Part shown: piece by piece, positions 13,931 through 27,719 of the stretch
Layout: every line of letters begins with the position of its first letter
Position numbering within the stretch: the first letter of the stretch is position 1
DNA from: Octopus vulgaris
Taxonomy: Eukaryota
Direction: 5' to 3'
Length of the DNA: 64,000 nucleotides
NCBI GenBank assembly: GCA_951406725.2
Contig: OX597831.1
Span: 11,160,001-11,224,000 of the forward strand
The notes under the pieces: generated by a model
Databases searched by the model: none
What the model was told of the DNA's origin: nothing
Seen by the model: only the letters and a program-made list of their open reading frames with translations
Program-made: the position numbers and the translations under genes

Positions 13931-14150
13931 ACGAGGTCTGATCAAAAAATTTCGAAGAATTACAGCATATATCAAATTGACATTTAATCTCCTTCGAAGA
14001 AGTTGCCTTGGGAAATCACACACTTTACTCAGAACCGTTTCCATTGATAGAAAAATAACAGGAACCCCTTTTTGGGGGATAGTAAGCAGCTTCCTCATCG
14101 AATTCTCTTGGATTTCCTCAGTATCTTGACATCCAGTTTCCTACAGCGAA
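13931..14150 (-). mobile_element. mariner transposon 3' end (transposase C-terminus plus TIR)
   Basis: Minus frames give QDTEEIQENSMRKLLTIPQK and QWKRF*VKCVISQGNFFEGD*; TIR-like CGAGGTCTGATCAAAAA is related to the end at 35127. Confidence 0.85.
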
Positions 14151-15014
14151 GACTGGGTCCTGTTTTCGGGGCCATAGCCATAGACCTACGATTCAAAATG
14201 TTTTCGCCTTCTTCAACACAATCAAGTGAGCGAGAACGTTATATCTTAGTGTTTGTGCTCAACAGAATTCAAGGTCAATTTGTACCAAGTGACTTTACTT
14301 TCTGTACTTTAGCTCCGTTACTAATAGCAACAGTTCCGATACTTTTCCATGAAATCTTGCATAAGCCCACTTAGAAGTCCGGCGGGTGAGTAGTCCCTGT
14401 GCAGCTTCATTATACAGTATGTAACAATGATATTGCTGCTAGAGATTTATGGGTGGACGTGGTGTCTGCGTAATTCAAGGCCATTTACGCGTTAATTCAG
14501 GGTCAGGTAACTGAATCGAGATCAAACAACTGAATCCTCACCGTGGAAACCGACGGAAAACCACCTGATTAAATTACACTCATATCTAAATGTATACACA
14601 TACATTTTCATATAGATGCACATAGTTGAATATACGGAAAATATACACCCAAATATGTGCACCGAAATATATGCATACACACATAGACACACACACATAA
14701 ACACACTAACATCTATTGCGCTCATGCACAATACCATAATATCATATATACAGTCATACATACTTACACACATGCATACATACTTACACACATGCACACA
14801 CACACACACACATGTGTGTGTGGGTGTGTATGAATGTATTTCGTGCGGTGCCGCTATTAACACACATCCATCAGAGAAGATCTGATGATGTCTGCCTGAA
14901 CATCTGCCTGTGAAGTAAAAATAGATACATCAAACGACCCATCCTACTTTTGGAAGTTGAAATTTATTTGACGTATTTAGTAAATTCTTCAGAAACAATG
15001 CATCTATCAGGATT

Positions 15015-15530
15015 CTAACACCACCACCAACACCACCACCACCACCACAACCAGCACCACCGCCACTGACACCACCAACACCAACACCACCGCCAACACC
15101 ACCACTAACACCACCACTAACACCACCACCAATACAAGCCATGCTAACGCCATCGCTACAATCACCATCGATACCTACACCATCGCCACTAACACCACCA
15201 TCACTACCGCCGCCACTAACACCATCACCACCATAACCACAACCATCACCACTACAGCCACTACTACCGACCGTCACCAGCAGAACCATCACCACCATGA
15301 CTACCACCACCAACAACACAGCAACCACCATCATCACCACCACCACTACCACCACCACAATGATTATTACTACTATAATTACTAATACTACCACCACTAC
15401 CACCACCACCGCCATCACCACCACCACCATCACCGCCATCACCACCACCACCATTTTGAGTAACAACCTCCATCACCATCACCATAACTACCACAGTGTC
15501 ACCATCATCATCATCACCACCACCACTCAC
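15015..15530. repeat. Degenerate (ACC)n low-complexity tract
   Basis: Direct inspection. Confidence 0.9.
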
Positions 15531-15537
15531 TGACATT

Positions 15538-15885
15538 CTTTTATCCTTTATCATTTGCTTGCTTCAATCATTAGACCACGGCCATGCTGGGGCACAGTCT
15601 TAAGGAACGTTTTAGTCGAATGAACCGTCTCCAGTACTTATTCGTTTCAAAATTGGTATTTATTTCATCCGTAATTTTTACCGAAACGTATTTACAGGGA
15701 CGTAAATACACCAACATCGGTTGGTCACGTGGTTGCGGAGGACAACCAGACAAGAAGAAACACACACACACACACACACACATACACACAAAAACACACA
15801 CACATATACACAAACACACACACATACATATACATGCATACACACACACATACATATACATGCATACATATACACACACACACAC

Positions 15886-15919
<34 letters not shown>

Positions 15920-16120
15920 GCGTAGGAGTGTCTGTGTGGTAAGAATATACATATACACAATAGGTTTCTTTCAGTTTCTGTCTACCTAATCTACTCGCAA
16001 GACCTTGGTAGCCCTGAGGCTATAGAAGAAGGCACTGGCCCAAAGTGCCACACAGTGGGACTGAACCCGGAACCATGTGGTTTGGAAGCAAGCTTCTTAC
16101 CACACAGCTATACCTGCGCC
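15538..16120 (-). mobile_element. SINE family A with expanded internal microsatellite
   Basis: 3' half at 15538-15760 and 5' half at 15962-16120, separated by a (CA)/(TA) tract. Confidence 0.85.
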
Positions 16121-16339
16121 TAATGTTATGAATATTCATTGAAGATCTTTCAAGTGTCATTTGATCAGCTAGAATGAACAGCCAAATGAATCTAAAGTCA
16201 AAACCTAGCGTCGAAAATACAAACTGAAGCACCACATTACAGCCTTTAGTCTCTGATATACAAGTCTAGTCACGGAGTGGTCACGGGTCTCCTGGAAAGG
16301 TTACAGGGCTGTTGGGTCAGCACTTAACTGGACAAAATA

Positions 16340-16538
16340 TATTTCTTTACTACCCACAAGGGCCTAAACACAGAGGAGATTAAGTCGATTATATCGACCC
16401 CAGTGCGTAACTGGTACTTAATTTATCGACCCCGAAAGGATGAAAGGCAAAGTCGACCTCGGCGGAATTTGAACTCAGAACGTAAAGACAGACGAAATAC
16501 GGCTACGCATTTCGCCTGGCGTGCTAACGTTTCTGCCA
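16340..16538 (-). mobile_element. SINE family B
   Basis: Close match to 13619-13848 with a small internal deletion and slight 5' truncation. Confidence 0.9.
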
Positions 16539-17308
16539 ACAATGTCAAAATGGCTACCAACGCAGCCATAACAGAAGACGAGTCGTGACTCTATGGCTGT
16601 GACCCTGAAAACCAGGCTCGGTTTTCACAGTGAAAGGGCCCCGACTGGATTTCAAAATGTCGAGGTAAGTCGAGAGAATGCAACAAGGCGGCTGCTCACT
16701 CTCCGCAAAATGGAGCCCCGGGAATGCTTCCATCAACGGAAACAATGCTGGATAAAGTTTAAAGGAGATTAAATACCCAATGTATAGTAATATTCTTTTT
16801 ATAGTTGCAGTTCCGATACGCTTTACTGAGACCTTGTATAATTCGCAAATCAGAAACTCAGAATAATCCATTTAAACAAAATAAATTCATTAAAAAAACA
16901 AGAACACCTTAAATAATAAGGAATCTCAATTCAATATTTCACAAATGTGTTTCTATATTAATTACGGAGATAAAGAACACGAATATCTTGTAATGGCTGG
17001 ATTAGTTTTCGAAATAATGAAAGAATCGTGTGTTCGGTAATGAAAACATTAATACCGCGCTGCGTCGATTTCTGGAAATTTGAATTACTGTTGTTTCTAT
17101 TTATTAAGGAGAGAAATGTAATTACATATGTAAACAAAACGTATTTATATACATCAAATGAAAATGAATTATGTTTACACATTTAAAATTTACTTTAATT
17201 TACTTTATATATATATATATATATATATATACATTACGTGTATATGTTAATATATATATATATACATTACGTATATATGTTAATATATATATATACATTA
17301 CGTATATA

Positions 17309-17710
17309 GGCGCAGGAGTGGATGTGTGGTAAGTAGCTTGTTTACCAACCACATGGTTCCGGGTTCAGTCCCACTGCGTGGCACCTTAGGCAAGTGTCTT
17401 CTACTATAGCCCCGGACCGACCAAAGCCTTGTGAGTGGATTTGGTAGACGGAAACTGAAAGAAGCCTGTCGTATATATGTATATATATGCGTGTGTGTGT
17501 TTGTGTGTCTGTGTTTGTCCCCCTAGCATTGCTTGACAACCGATGCTGGTGTGTTTATGTCCTCGTTACCTAGCGGTTCGGCAAAAGAGACCGATAGAAT
17601 AAGTACTGGGCTTACAAAACAATAAGTCCCGGGGTCGAGTTGCTCGATTAAAGGCGGTGCTCCAGCATGGCCGCAGTCAAATGACTGAAACAAGTAAAGG
17701 AGTAAAAGAG
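17309..17710 (+). mobile_element. SINE family A, full-length young copy (CORE-type, resembles octopus OR-type SINEs)
   Basis: GGCGCAGGAGTGGATGTGTGGTAAG (A box)...GGGTTCAGTCCC (B box)...GTGGCACCTTAGGCAAGTGTCTT (CORE-like)...short (TA)(TG) tract...AGTAAAAG-type tail. Confidence 0.93.
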
Positions 17711-18669
17711 ATATACATTATATATATACATTACGTATATATGTTAATATTTGTTTCTACGTTCAGTTATTATAAAATGGGTCACTCTATACTTATGTAG
17801 GAGTACAAATTATTATTCACAAAGAAGAAAATTACTGACTGTGACTTCGAAGTTTCGGCTAGTTAAGACATTGTTGGACTGCGATGAATTGAAGTTAGCT
17901 TTTGGTTTTATATAGTCTGTGCATCACCATCATCATTATCATTATCATTTATTTATTTATTTATCTATTTATTTATTGCTTATTTATTTAATCATTTCAT
18001 TTTATGTAAACCCTTACACTTTATATCTGTCTTTGTATTGTCCCCTCTTCCTTCGCCGTGGTGGCAAATAAATGAAATCATCACCATCATCATCATCATC
18101 ATCATCATCATCATTATTACTATTATTATTATTGTTGTTGTTTTTGTTATTATTATTATTAATTTTATCCATTACATCCCCGCCCCTCTTTTCCACTTTA
18201 CAACGTCGTCTTTCCCCAGTCACATAGACCCTCTCTCCATGTTACTCGGCATCACATCTCTAAGCGCAGTGTTTCGTACACCAGGTGCCGTCTACTTCAC
18301 TCCGCCTCCCTCGGTTGCGGCGGCGTCATCTTTTCATTTGTGCCGTTTTCAAGTTTCTGTATTAATCATCATCGTTAGGTGAGAACAACAGTGGTTTGTT
18401 CAGAGATCCCCCCTCACCCTCTTCAACAGCACCGTGATGGTCTTTATCTTAACACCATCCTAAATTAGGATTACTGGAACACTTTTTGACAGGTTACTGC
18501 AGTAACCTGACACCGCTGTTCACTCAACATTTTCTTCTTTGCTGCCTTTAATTATTCGCCTTCATCTTTTCCCCTTTTTTTCTTTTCATTACATTTTGGG
18601 TTTGGCGGGAGCGAGGGGCGATGGAGGTGCGGGTCACTGCACAGAGTTTATCTCTCCTTCATCTTCAAT

Positions 18670-18988
18670 CTTTTATTTCTTTTCGACCATTGGTCTACGG
18701 CCATGCTGTGGCACCGCACTGAAAGGCTTAGCTGAGGAAATGTACCCTAGTATTTATTTATTTATACTTTTGTTTTTTTTTCAATCATTTGACTGCGACC
18801 ATGCTGGAGCACCGCCTTTAGTCGAACAAATTGACCCCGGGACGTATTCTTTGTAAGCCTGGTAGTTATTCTATCGGTCTCTTTTGCTGAACCGCTAAGT
18901 TACAGGGATACACACACACCAATATCAACTGTCAAGCGATGATGGGCGGGACAAACGCACGCACAAACAAACACACATACGCACTCAC

Positions 18989-19029
<41 letters not shown>

Positions 19030-19059
19030 ATAGAGAGAGAGAGAGAGAGATAGATAGAT

Positions 19060-19106
<47 letters not shown>

Positions 19107-19152
19107 TACGACGATCTCCTTCCAGTTTCCGTCTACCAAATCCACTCACAAG
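18670..19152 (-). mobile_element. SINE family A (5'-truncated) plus adjacent 3' fragment
   Basis: Colinear with the reverse complement of 17430-17700; internal tract contains (TA), (GA) and (GATA) runs. Confidence 0.85.
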
Positions 19153-19497
19153 AGAAACTTTAAGATGTCTAATGTCAAGTAAGTCAGCGTTGAATCAGAG
19201 TATAACATCTGTCAGGAGTATAAATTAAATATATTTAAGCAAAGTGTGTGGGGGGGGGGGAGAGAGAGAGAGAGAGTGAGAGCACCAGACAGACATACTG
19301 ACATACTGACAGGCAGAAAAGCAGACTCAGACTGACAGACAGACAGACAGACAGTGACTTAGTTGCTAGAGAGTTGTGTAATTTTTTGCACAAACTTTAA
19401 CAACAATATCTTATACGGACCCTCAAGGATCATATCGACCCCAGTTGGGAGCTACAGCTTTAGAGTGAATATCTGATGGGTTGGATGACAGTGAGTA

Positions 19498-19596
19498 TAA
19501 ATTAAGTACCAGTTGCGTACAGCGGTCGATCTAATCGACTGGTCCCCTCCCCCCAAATTGCGGGCCTTGTGCCTAGAGTAGAAAGAATTATCATCA

Positions 19597-19693
<97 letters not shown>

Positions 19694-19915
19694 CATTACG
19701 GTGGTGAGCTGGCAGAGTCGTTAGCACGCTGGGTAAAATGCTTAGCAGTATTTCGCCCGTTGCTACGTTCTGTGTTCAAATTCTACCGCGATCGACCTTG
19801 TCTTTTATCCTTTCGGGGTCGATTAAATAAGTACCAGTTACGCAATGGTGTCGATGTAATCTACTTAATCCCGTCCCTCAAATTTGAGGCCTAGTGCTCC
19901 CAGTAGAAAGAATTA

Positions 19916-19996
<81 letters not shown>

Positions 19997-20370
19997 TTAC
20001 GGTGGTGAGCTGGCAGAGTTGTTAGCACGCTGGGTAAAATGCTTAGCGGTATTTCGCCCGTTGTTACGTTCTGTGTTCGAATTCCGCTGAGGGTCGACTT
20101 TACCTTTCATCCTTTCGGGGTGGATAAATGAAGTACCAGTGACGCACTAGGGTCGATGTAATTGACTTAATCCGTTTGTCTGTACTTGTTTGACCCATCT
20201 ATGTTTAGCCCCTTGTGAGCAATAAAGAAATAGGTATTTCGTCCGTCTTTACGTCCTTAGTTCAAATTCTGCCGAGGTCACCTTTGCATTTCATCCTTTC
20301 GACGTCGTTTAACTAAGTACCAGTTGCGTATTGGGGGTCGACGTAATCGACTAGTTCCCAGAAGAAAGAA
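19498..20370 (+). mobile_element. Head-to-tail cluster of four SINE B units, partly separated by (ATT)n
   Basis: Units at ~19498-19588, 19700-19915, 20001-20232 and 20233-20370. Confidence 0.88.
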
Positions 20371-20701
20371 TCATTATAGTTCTTTATTCCTAGGTCAGTT
20401 CTTTCTGAGCAGAATTATTTTCAAAGGCCTTCCAACCGAGAGCATTTTTACTAGCGCAGCTCGTTGGAGCGGTCCTCACCGGACGATGCTTCTATAAGGG
20501 CTGTATTTTTATGCTTGCTCTGCAATCTTACACAGAGTTGGGGTCTCAGAATTGGAGCATAAACTTAAGGACCGTCAGGTGACACATTTTCTAGCTACGT
20601 CACTGGTAATCCTGCTTTCTTTCTCGCGGTCTGTAGGTCTCCATTATCCTTCAAAGGTCCCTCGGAGTTTTATCGTGTACCTAGAAGTACATTATCCAGT
20701 G

Positions 20702-20934
20702 CACTGGTTCTCAACATATGAGCCTTATGGGTCCACCATATAAGACCCTGTTGTTAAAATGCACGTGCAACAAATTGTTATTCTCCTACAATGCACAAAA
20801 TTTTATGCAATTCCTCATATTTTAATTTTAAAAATATAACAGAACTTTTTTAAACATGGAATGTTTATGAGGGTACAGCGGAATAAAATGGGAACGAAAG
20901 ACATCCCTAGGCAAAAAATAGTTGAGAAACATTG
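20702..20934. mobile_element. hAT/Charlie-like MITE
   Basis: Ends CACTGGTTCTCAAC...GTTGAGAAACATTG are imperfect 14-bp TIRs of the CAGTGGTTCTCAAC type; no 8-bp TSD retained. Confidence 0.6.
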
Positions 20935-21129
20935 ATTGAATCTTTTACGTGATGAGAGGGAATATTGGCTGCTATCTCTAGCTTGGTGAAAACTACCTCA
21001 TTGTCTTGTACTTTTAGCTGTTGAAAACTAACAAAAAACAATCTAAATATCTCGACAAAATCAGTTTCGTTCTATGGAGAGAAAAATCAATAGGTGGATA
21101 GATTGATTGATTGGCTGATTTATTGATTG

Positions 21130-21737
21130 CTAGAGAGAAAGGAAGAGGGAGAGAGAAAGAGAGAGAAGGGAGGAGTGTGGGAGTAGACCTAAGTTTGCAT
21201 TAGCCATCGTTGTAGCAGTTTTAAGAGTGCAGCGTATGAGTTTAGAGATATTTAGCGGCCATAATTTGAAGAACGAAAGACTACAAAGAGAGAGGGAGAG
21301 AGAGAGGAAGGAGGAGAGGGAGAGAGGAAGTGAGGGAAATAGTAAGAGAGGAACAGAGAGAGAAAGTGAGGGGAGAGAGAAAGAGAGGTAGGGAGGAAGA
21401 GGGGGAGAGAGAAAGAGATAGAGGGAGAGAGAAAGAGAGGGAGGGACAGAGAGGAGATGAGAGAGGGAAAAAGGGACAGACAGATGGGGAGAGGAAGAGA
21501 GGGGCAGAGAGAGAGGGAGGAAAAGGGGGAGAGAGAAAGGGATAGAGGGAGAGAGAAAGATAGGGATACAGAGAGAGAAGATGAGAGAGGGACAGAGAGA
21601 GGTGGAGAGGAAGAGAGGGGGAGAGGAAGAGAGGGGGAGAGGAAGAGGGGCAGAGAGGGAGGGAGGAAGCGAGGGAGAGAGAAAGAGAAGAGAAAGAGAG
21701 GGAGACAGGCAGAGAGGACAGAGACAGAGAGAGAGTA
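21130..21737. repeat. GA-rich polypurine low-complexity tract
   Basis: Direct inspection; similar tracts at ~25855-26710, 48900-49270 (CT strand) and 55610-56030. Confidence 0.85.
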
Positions 21738-22166
21738 AACTCGCCAGAACGTATGTTGCCCAGTTGTATGTGTCACGTATTTGTGTATCTTGGAGTATTT
21801 GCGTGTATGTTCTGACATGAATTTGGGGTTGAGCAACTTTTGTTTTGTGCGTGTGAAAGTGACTGATTGTGTGTGTGTGTGTATACGTTTGTGCGCGTGT
21901 ATATATGAGTGTGTGCGCATGCACACGTGTGTGTGTTGGGGGGTGTTTGTGTGGTGGTTGTATTTGTTGTGTCAATATTGCGTGATCAGGGATTTGCTGG
22001 GTCGCTCTTCTGCCAGTGTTTCCTTCATCCCGTTATTTGTCTTTACTTAATAACTTATGTTGTAATATCTTCTTTTTGCTTCGATTTATTGTGTAATCTC
22101 CACATCTCTCTCTCCCTCTTTCTCTCTCTACACACACACGCATATATATATATATACATACATACA

Positions 22167-22214
<48 letters not shown>

Positions 22215-22800
22215 CATATGTGTATGTATATATATACACACACACACACACATATATATATATACACATACACATATATATATATTTGTATAAACATATA
22301 TATATATGTATATATATATATAAATGTGTGTGTATATATATATATATATATATACATATACTTACATGCCTATATGTGTGTGTTTGTGAGCGTGTGTGTC
22401 TATGTATGTATTTAAATATGTGTACACATAGACATACATGTATATATATATGTATATATGTATGTGTGTGTGCGTGTATGTGTGTGTATATAAACATATG
22501 CTGACACATGTATATGTTTGTGACTATGTGAATGTGTCAGTGGGAGCGCACATGTGTTAACGAGAGTTTGTGACGCGCATCACGAATGCGCCTTTATGTT
22601 TCAAATATCGAAAACTAGAAAAAATTCATAAAATATACGTTTAAAAGGATGCTAAGCAAATGACATGAAAATGGCAATCTAATGGAATGTAAATAATATT
22701 GAATGTATACACAGAATATTACAGGTGCGTGGGGGTGGGGGTGAGGGTTGGAGGTGCCGTGCGTGCCGACATGCTTTTTTTACGAATGGGTATATACACA

Positions 22801-22918
22801 CACACGTACATGCATATAAAAATACATATATACATATTTATATATACTGACACACACACACACACACACACACACGTACATGCATATAAAAATACATATA
22901 TACATATTTATATATACT

Positions 22919-22950
<32 letters not shown>
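22801..22950. repeat. ~70-bp tandem duplication bounded by (CA)n
   Basis: CACACGTACATGCATATAAAAATACATATATACATATTTATATATACTGA(CA)n occurs twice. Confidence 0.9.
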
Positions 22951-22985
<35 letters not shown>

Positions 22986-23141
22986 CATTTGTGTGTGTGT
23001 ATACCTATACATCATATATGTATGTATGTATATATTTGTGTATGTATATATATATATATATATATATGCATATATATATATAGGTGCATATGTACATATA
23101 TATATGTGTGCGTGTGTGTATTTTATATACATATATATTTG

Positions 23142-23172
<31 letters not shown>

Positions 23173-24047
23173 GTATGCGTGTATGTATGAATATGGGTGA
23201 GAGATTGGAAAGAGAGAGCTGGAGGGAGAGAGAGAGAGAGAGGGAGAGAGAGTTAGATAAAGATAGAAGCTAGTGAGAAGGAAAGGTAGAGGGTATTGAC
23301 TGAGGATGACCACAAAACTGAGAAATTGGTTAGAGAGTATTTTTGGAATATAAAACAAATTGAAAAAATACAAAATGGTAAAAATGATGAAAGACAAAAA
23401 CCAAAATTCAAAAATATAATTTTAAAAAAATAGGGAGAAGAATAGAGAGAGAAAAGAAAGAAAGAAGGGCATCTAAGATCGGATATTAAGGGAGAAAAAG
23501 GAAGCGGAGTCTGAGGGAGGCGGGGGCGTAGGAGGGGCAAGAGCGAGAGGAGGAGGAGGAGGAGAAGAAGATTCTGCGTTTCATAAGAACCATACGAGAG
23601 AGTCGTTGGAGAAGGTCGACCGATGGGGCGCTGTGAAGTGTTGTGAAGTGTTGTGAGATGTTTTGGGATGTTGTGTGGTGTTGTATATATGGTATAGTGC
23701 GGTTTGGCGTGGTTTGGCGTGGCGTGGTCCAGAGACTGAATTTTCGTTTTCGTGCAGAGTCGATTGCTAAATTTTTCACATTAATCGAACGCTGAATTCG
23801 CTCTTCTCTTACAACCACCACCACCCCACGCACCACTGCCCCCTCCTCCCTCTACTCCATCACTTCTCTCCCCCGCTCTTCTACCCTCAATCCACTCCCG
23901 CACGCATTTTCCGCTCGTTTTTCCCCGAATCTTCACTCACATTTTTTTGCCAAATTTTTTGAAACATTCTTTAAAAAAATATATAAATAAAAGGGGATTC
24001 CCCGAGGAAAAAAACCACACGCACGCGCACAGCATTCAAACAAAACC

Positions 24048-24073
24048 TATTATTATTATCATTATTATTATTA

Positions 24074-24135
<62 letters not shown>

Positions 24136-24169
24136 GTTATTATTATTATTATCATTATCATTATTATTA

Positions 24170-24237
<68 letters not shown>

Positions 24238-24247
24238 GTTATTATTA
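24048..24247. repeat. (TTA)n microsatellite
   Basis: Direct inspection. Confidence 0.96.
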
Positions 24248-24361
24248 CCTTCACCCACACCACCAGCTACCTGCCCGACTTGCTACATCGGCAACGCCGC
24301 CTCACCTCCAGCAACCCTTCTTTAATCTCGGCTATCTGCTCTATTCAACACAAACATATAC

Positions 24362-24426
<65 letters not shown>

Positions 24427-24472
24427 TATGTGTGTGTGTGTGTGTGTTTGTGTGTGTGTGCATATGTTTGTG

Positions 24473-24509
<37 letters not shown>

Positions 24510-24587
24510 TATTGTCACTATTACAATCTTTTCCGCATTTCTATATTATATTATTATCATCATCATCCTCATCACCATTATTAAGTT

Positions 24588-24781
24588 AAGGTAGCGACCT
24601 GGCACAATCGTTAGCACGTCCGAAATAATTGCTTAGCGGTATTTCGTCCGTCTTTTACATTCAGAGATCAAATGCCATCGAGGTCATCCTTTGTCATTTC
24701 GGAGTCGATGAAATAAGTACCAGTTATACACTGGGGCCGAACTTGCTGGCCTTGTGCCAAAATTTGAAATCATTATTATTG

Positions 24782-24857
<76 letters not shown>

Positions 24858-25030
24858 GCACGCTGGACGAAATGCTTAGTGGTATTTCCTCTGTCTTTGT
24901 GTTCTGAGTTCAAATTCCACTGAGGTCAGAATCGATAAATTAAGTACCAGTGATACACTGGTTCGATGTAATCGACTTGTCTCTTTCCCACTCAAATTTG
25001 AGGCCTTGTGCCTCCAGTAGAAAGGATTGT
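24588..25030 (+). mobile_element. Two diverged SINE B copies separated by (TTA)n
   Basis: Units at ~24588-24772 and ~24855-25030. Confidence 0.8.
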
Positions 25031-25063
25031 TATTATTATTATTATTATTATTATGATGATCAT

Positions 25064-25150
<87 letters not shown>

Positions 25151-26754
25151 CATTATTATTTTTTTTATTATTATTATTGCTATTATTATTATTATTATTA
25201 CTATTATTGTTGTTGTTGTTGTTGTTGTTGCAGTGGCAGTGATGATGGCAATGAGGATTATGATGATGATGATGATGATGAACTATGTTGATAAGGATGG
25301 TGAGGAAGATGGGGGTGATGGTGGCGACGATGAAGACGACGCGACGGAGGCGGCGGCGGCGGTGGGCGGTGATGATCACGGCGGCCAATATGGCGACGAT
25401 GACGGTAATTATGTTGCTTTTGTCCGTTCTGCTTTTTGCAGCAAACAGTTCGATATATTTGCAGATAATACAAAAAAAAAAAAAGAAAACCAAAAGCAAG
25501 TTTGATAGGTTCTGATCGCTGTTGTGGTTGTTGTTATTGTTGTTGTGTTGTTGTTTTCACAAGAGATGAAGCGACGTTTGTAATGTATGCCGATACCTCG
25601 TGACGAACAAAGACACCAATCACAGACCTTCGACCTGCAGCTTCCCTCGCACCACCCCTCTGTTCCATCGTCCTCATCACCCACGGGCTTTTCCTCCGTC
25701 TCCTCCCCCCCTTTCTTTTACCGTGATTGCGACAACCACGCGAAAATGCTATAAAACTGGACACAATTACATTCCGATTAGTTTACTAAATGGTCGATCG
25801 CCATTGAGGGGGGCGGGGGAAGGTTCGGGGTAAGTATGGGGATTAACGGGGTGGAGAGAGAAAATAGAGGCAGAGAGAGAGAGAGAGAGAGAGGTTGAAG
25901 GAGAGAAGTATGTGTTTGGAAGAGATATAAAGTCATAGAGGGAGGGAAAAACAGTGAGTGAGAGGGAGAGGAAGATTTTGAGGTGGAGAGAAGAAGATAG
26001 AGAGGCTGAAAGAGAGAGAGAGAGAGAGAGGGGGAGAGCAAGAGAGGGAGAGTGAGAGTTGGAAAGAGGTAGATGACAGAGATAGAGGAGGAAAGAAAGA
26101 AAGAAAGAGAGAGAGAGTTGAGGCAGAGAGTGACGAAGAGAGAGAGAGAGGATGAAAAAGAAGAAAAAGAAGAAGAAGAAGAAGAAGAAGAAGAAGAAGA
26201 AGAAGAAGAAGAAGAAGAAGAAGAAGGGATGAAGCGTAAGGTAGGAGAGAGAGAGAGAGAGAGAGAAAGAAAGCGAAAACAGTGGGAGAGTGAAAAAGTT
26301 ATCCAAATGAAAATTGTAAGGCGATTGAGAGGAAGGTAGAGTAGAAGAGGAGAGTAAGGAGTGAGAAAGAGGAGGAGGATTGGAAGGGTGATGGTAAGAG
26401 GATAAAAGGAAAGACCAAAGTGAAAATAATAAAGGTGTTGGGTGGAAAATAGAGAGTAAGAGGAGAGGAAGGAGGAGGAGAAGAGAGAAATTGAGAGAAA
26501 GATGCCTGAGAATGAGAGAGAGAGAGAGAGAAGTGGAAGGGGATCCCGTATGTGGGTTGAGGCAGAATTGACGGAAGAGATGGTAAAGTGAAGAGGAAGG
26601 GGATGGCATGGAGGTGGAGAGCGAGAGAGGGAGAGGAGGAGGGAGAGAGAGAGAAACAAAGAAAAGAGGAAGCAGTGTACACGTGGTGCGTGAAAGAGAG
26701 AGAAATAGAGGTGCGATTAGTGATATGTCTGTGTGGGTGTGTGTGTGTTTGTGT

Positions 26755-26802
<48 letters not shown>

Positions 26803-26978
26803 CTGTGTGTGTGTGTGTGTACTGCAACTTCCTGCTGTGCAACCTGCACGGATGATTTGTATATTATGATGAAATGCTTATGGTCCACTTTTCCTTACTC
26901 CTGCCATCAAATCGTCATCACTTGTACCATACGCAATATATCGAATATATATACATATATACATACACACACACACAC

Positions 26979-27011
<33 letters not shown>

Positions 27012-27022
27012 ATAGGAGAGGA

Positions 27023-27071
<49 letters not shown>

Positions 27072-27164
27072 GAGAGGAAAAATTATAATAAAGCAGAATG
27101 CTAAATTAAAATTAAATTTTAATAAAAATGGGTGTATGGAAAATTAAAAAAGAAAAAAAATAAT

Positions 27165-27206
27165 AAATCAAATCGATTTTGAGCGCAAGGCAAATTTTCA
27201 AGATTT
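27165..27206 (-). ncRNA. Degenerate hammerhead-like motif with UUGAAAA core
   Basis: AAAUC-UUGAAAA-UUUGCCUUGCGCUC-AAA-AUCGAU-U-U-GAUUU: helix I AAAUC/GAUUU and palindromic AUCGAU, but G12 is replaced by A and helix II is poor. Confidence 0.35.
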
Positions 27207-27334
27207 GGAAGGGGAAAAGAAATTTTTTCAAAAGTTGAGGAAGGAGAAAAAAGAAATTTACAAATTTTTTTTTCCAAAAAATAATAATACATACATACAA
27301 AAATTAAAAAATAAGTATACCAATACATTGTAGA

Positions 27335-27384
<50 letters not shown>

Positions 27385-27389
27385 TATAC

Positions 27390-27442
<53 letters not shown>

Positions 27443-27447
<5 letters not shown>

Positions 27448-27698
27448 TTTGTGAATGGTTTTGCCAGATTCTTTATGAGAATTCGTGTGTTGAAGTATAT
27501 TTTATTGTGCCTGAGGGGAGTCATTCTGTTGTAATGCTTTATTAATTAACACACTCACCGGTTCGATTTCCACTCATTTACTTATCTATCTAATTTTCTA
27601 TAAATAAATGAATAGATGAGTGGATATCGAACCGGTGAGTGTGTTAATTAAGAAGGCATTAAAACAGAATGACTGCCCCCAGGGCACAATAAAAATAT
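27443..27698. mobile_element. Second copy of the fold-back family seen at 1620-2054
   Basis: Shares AGATTCTTT...GTGTGTT...ATTGTG...GGGGAG...AACACACTCACCGG with the first copy; inverted arms ~27497-27585 vs ~27605-27698. Confidence 0.75.
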
Positions 27699-27719
27699 AT
27701 GGTGGTTGTTTACGCCTTA

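Noticed and set aside
14882-14920. CUGAUGA core (also at 59058 and 62390)
   Set aside because: No appropriately placed GAAA or helices.
22683-22702. TGGAATGTAAA matching the 5' part of miR-1
   Set aside because: The match ends after 11 nt and there is no complementary hairpin arm.
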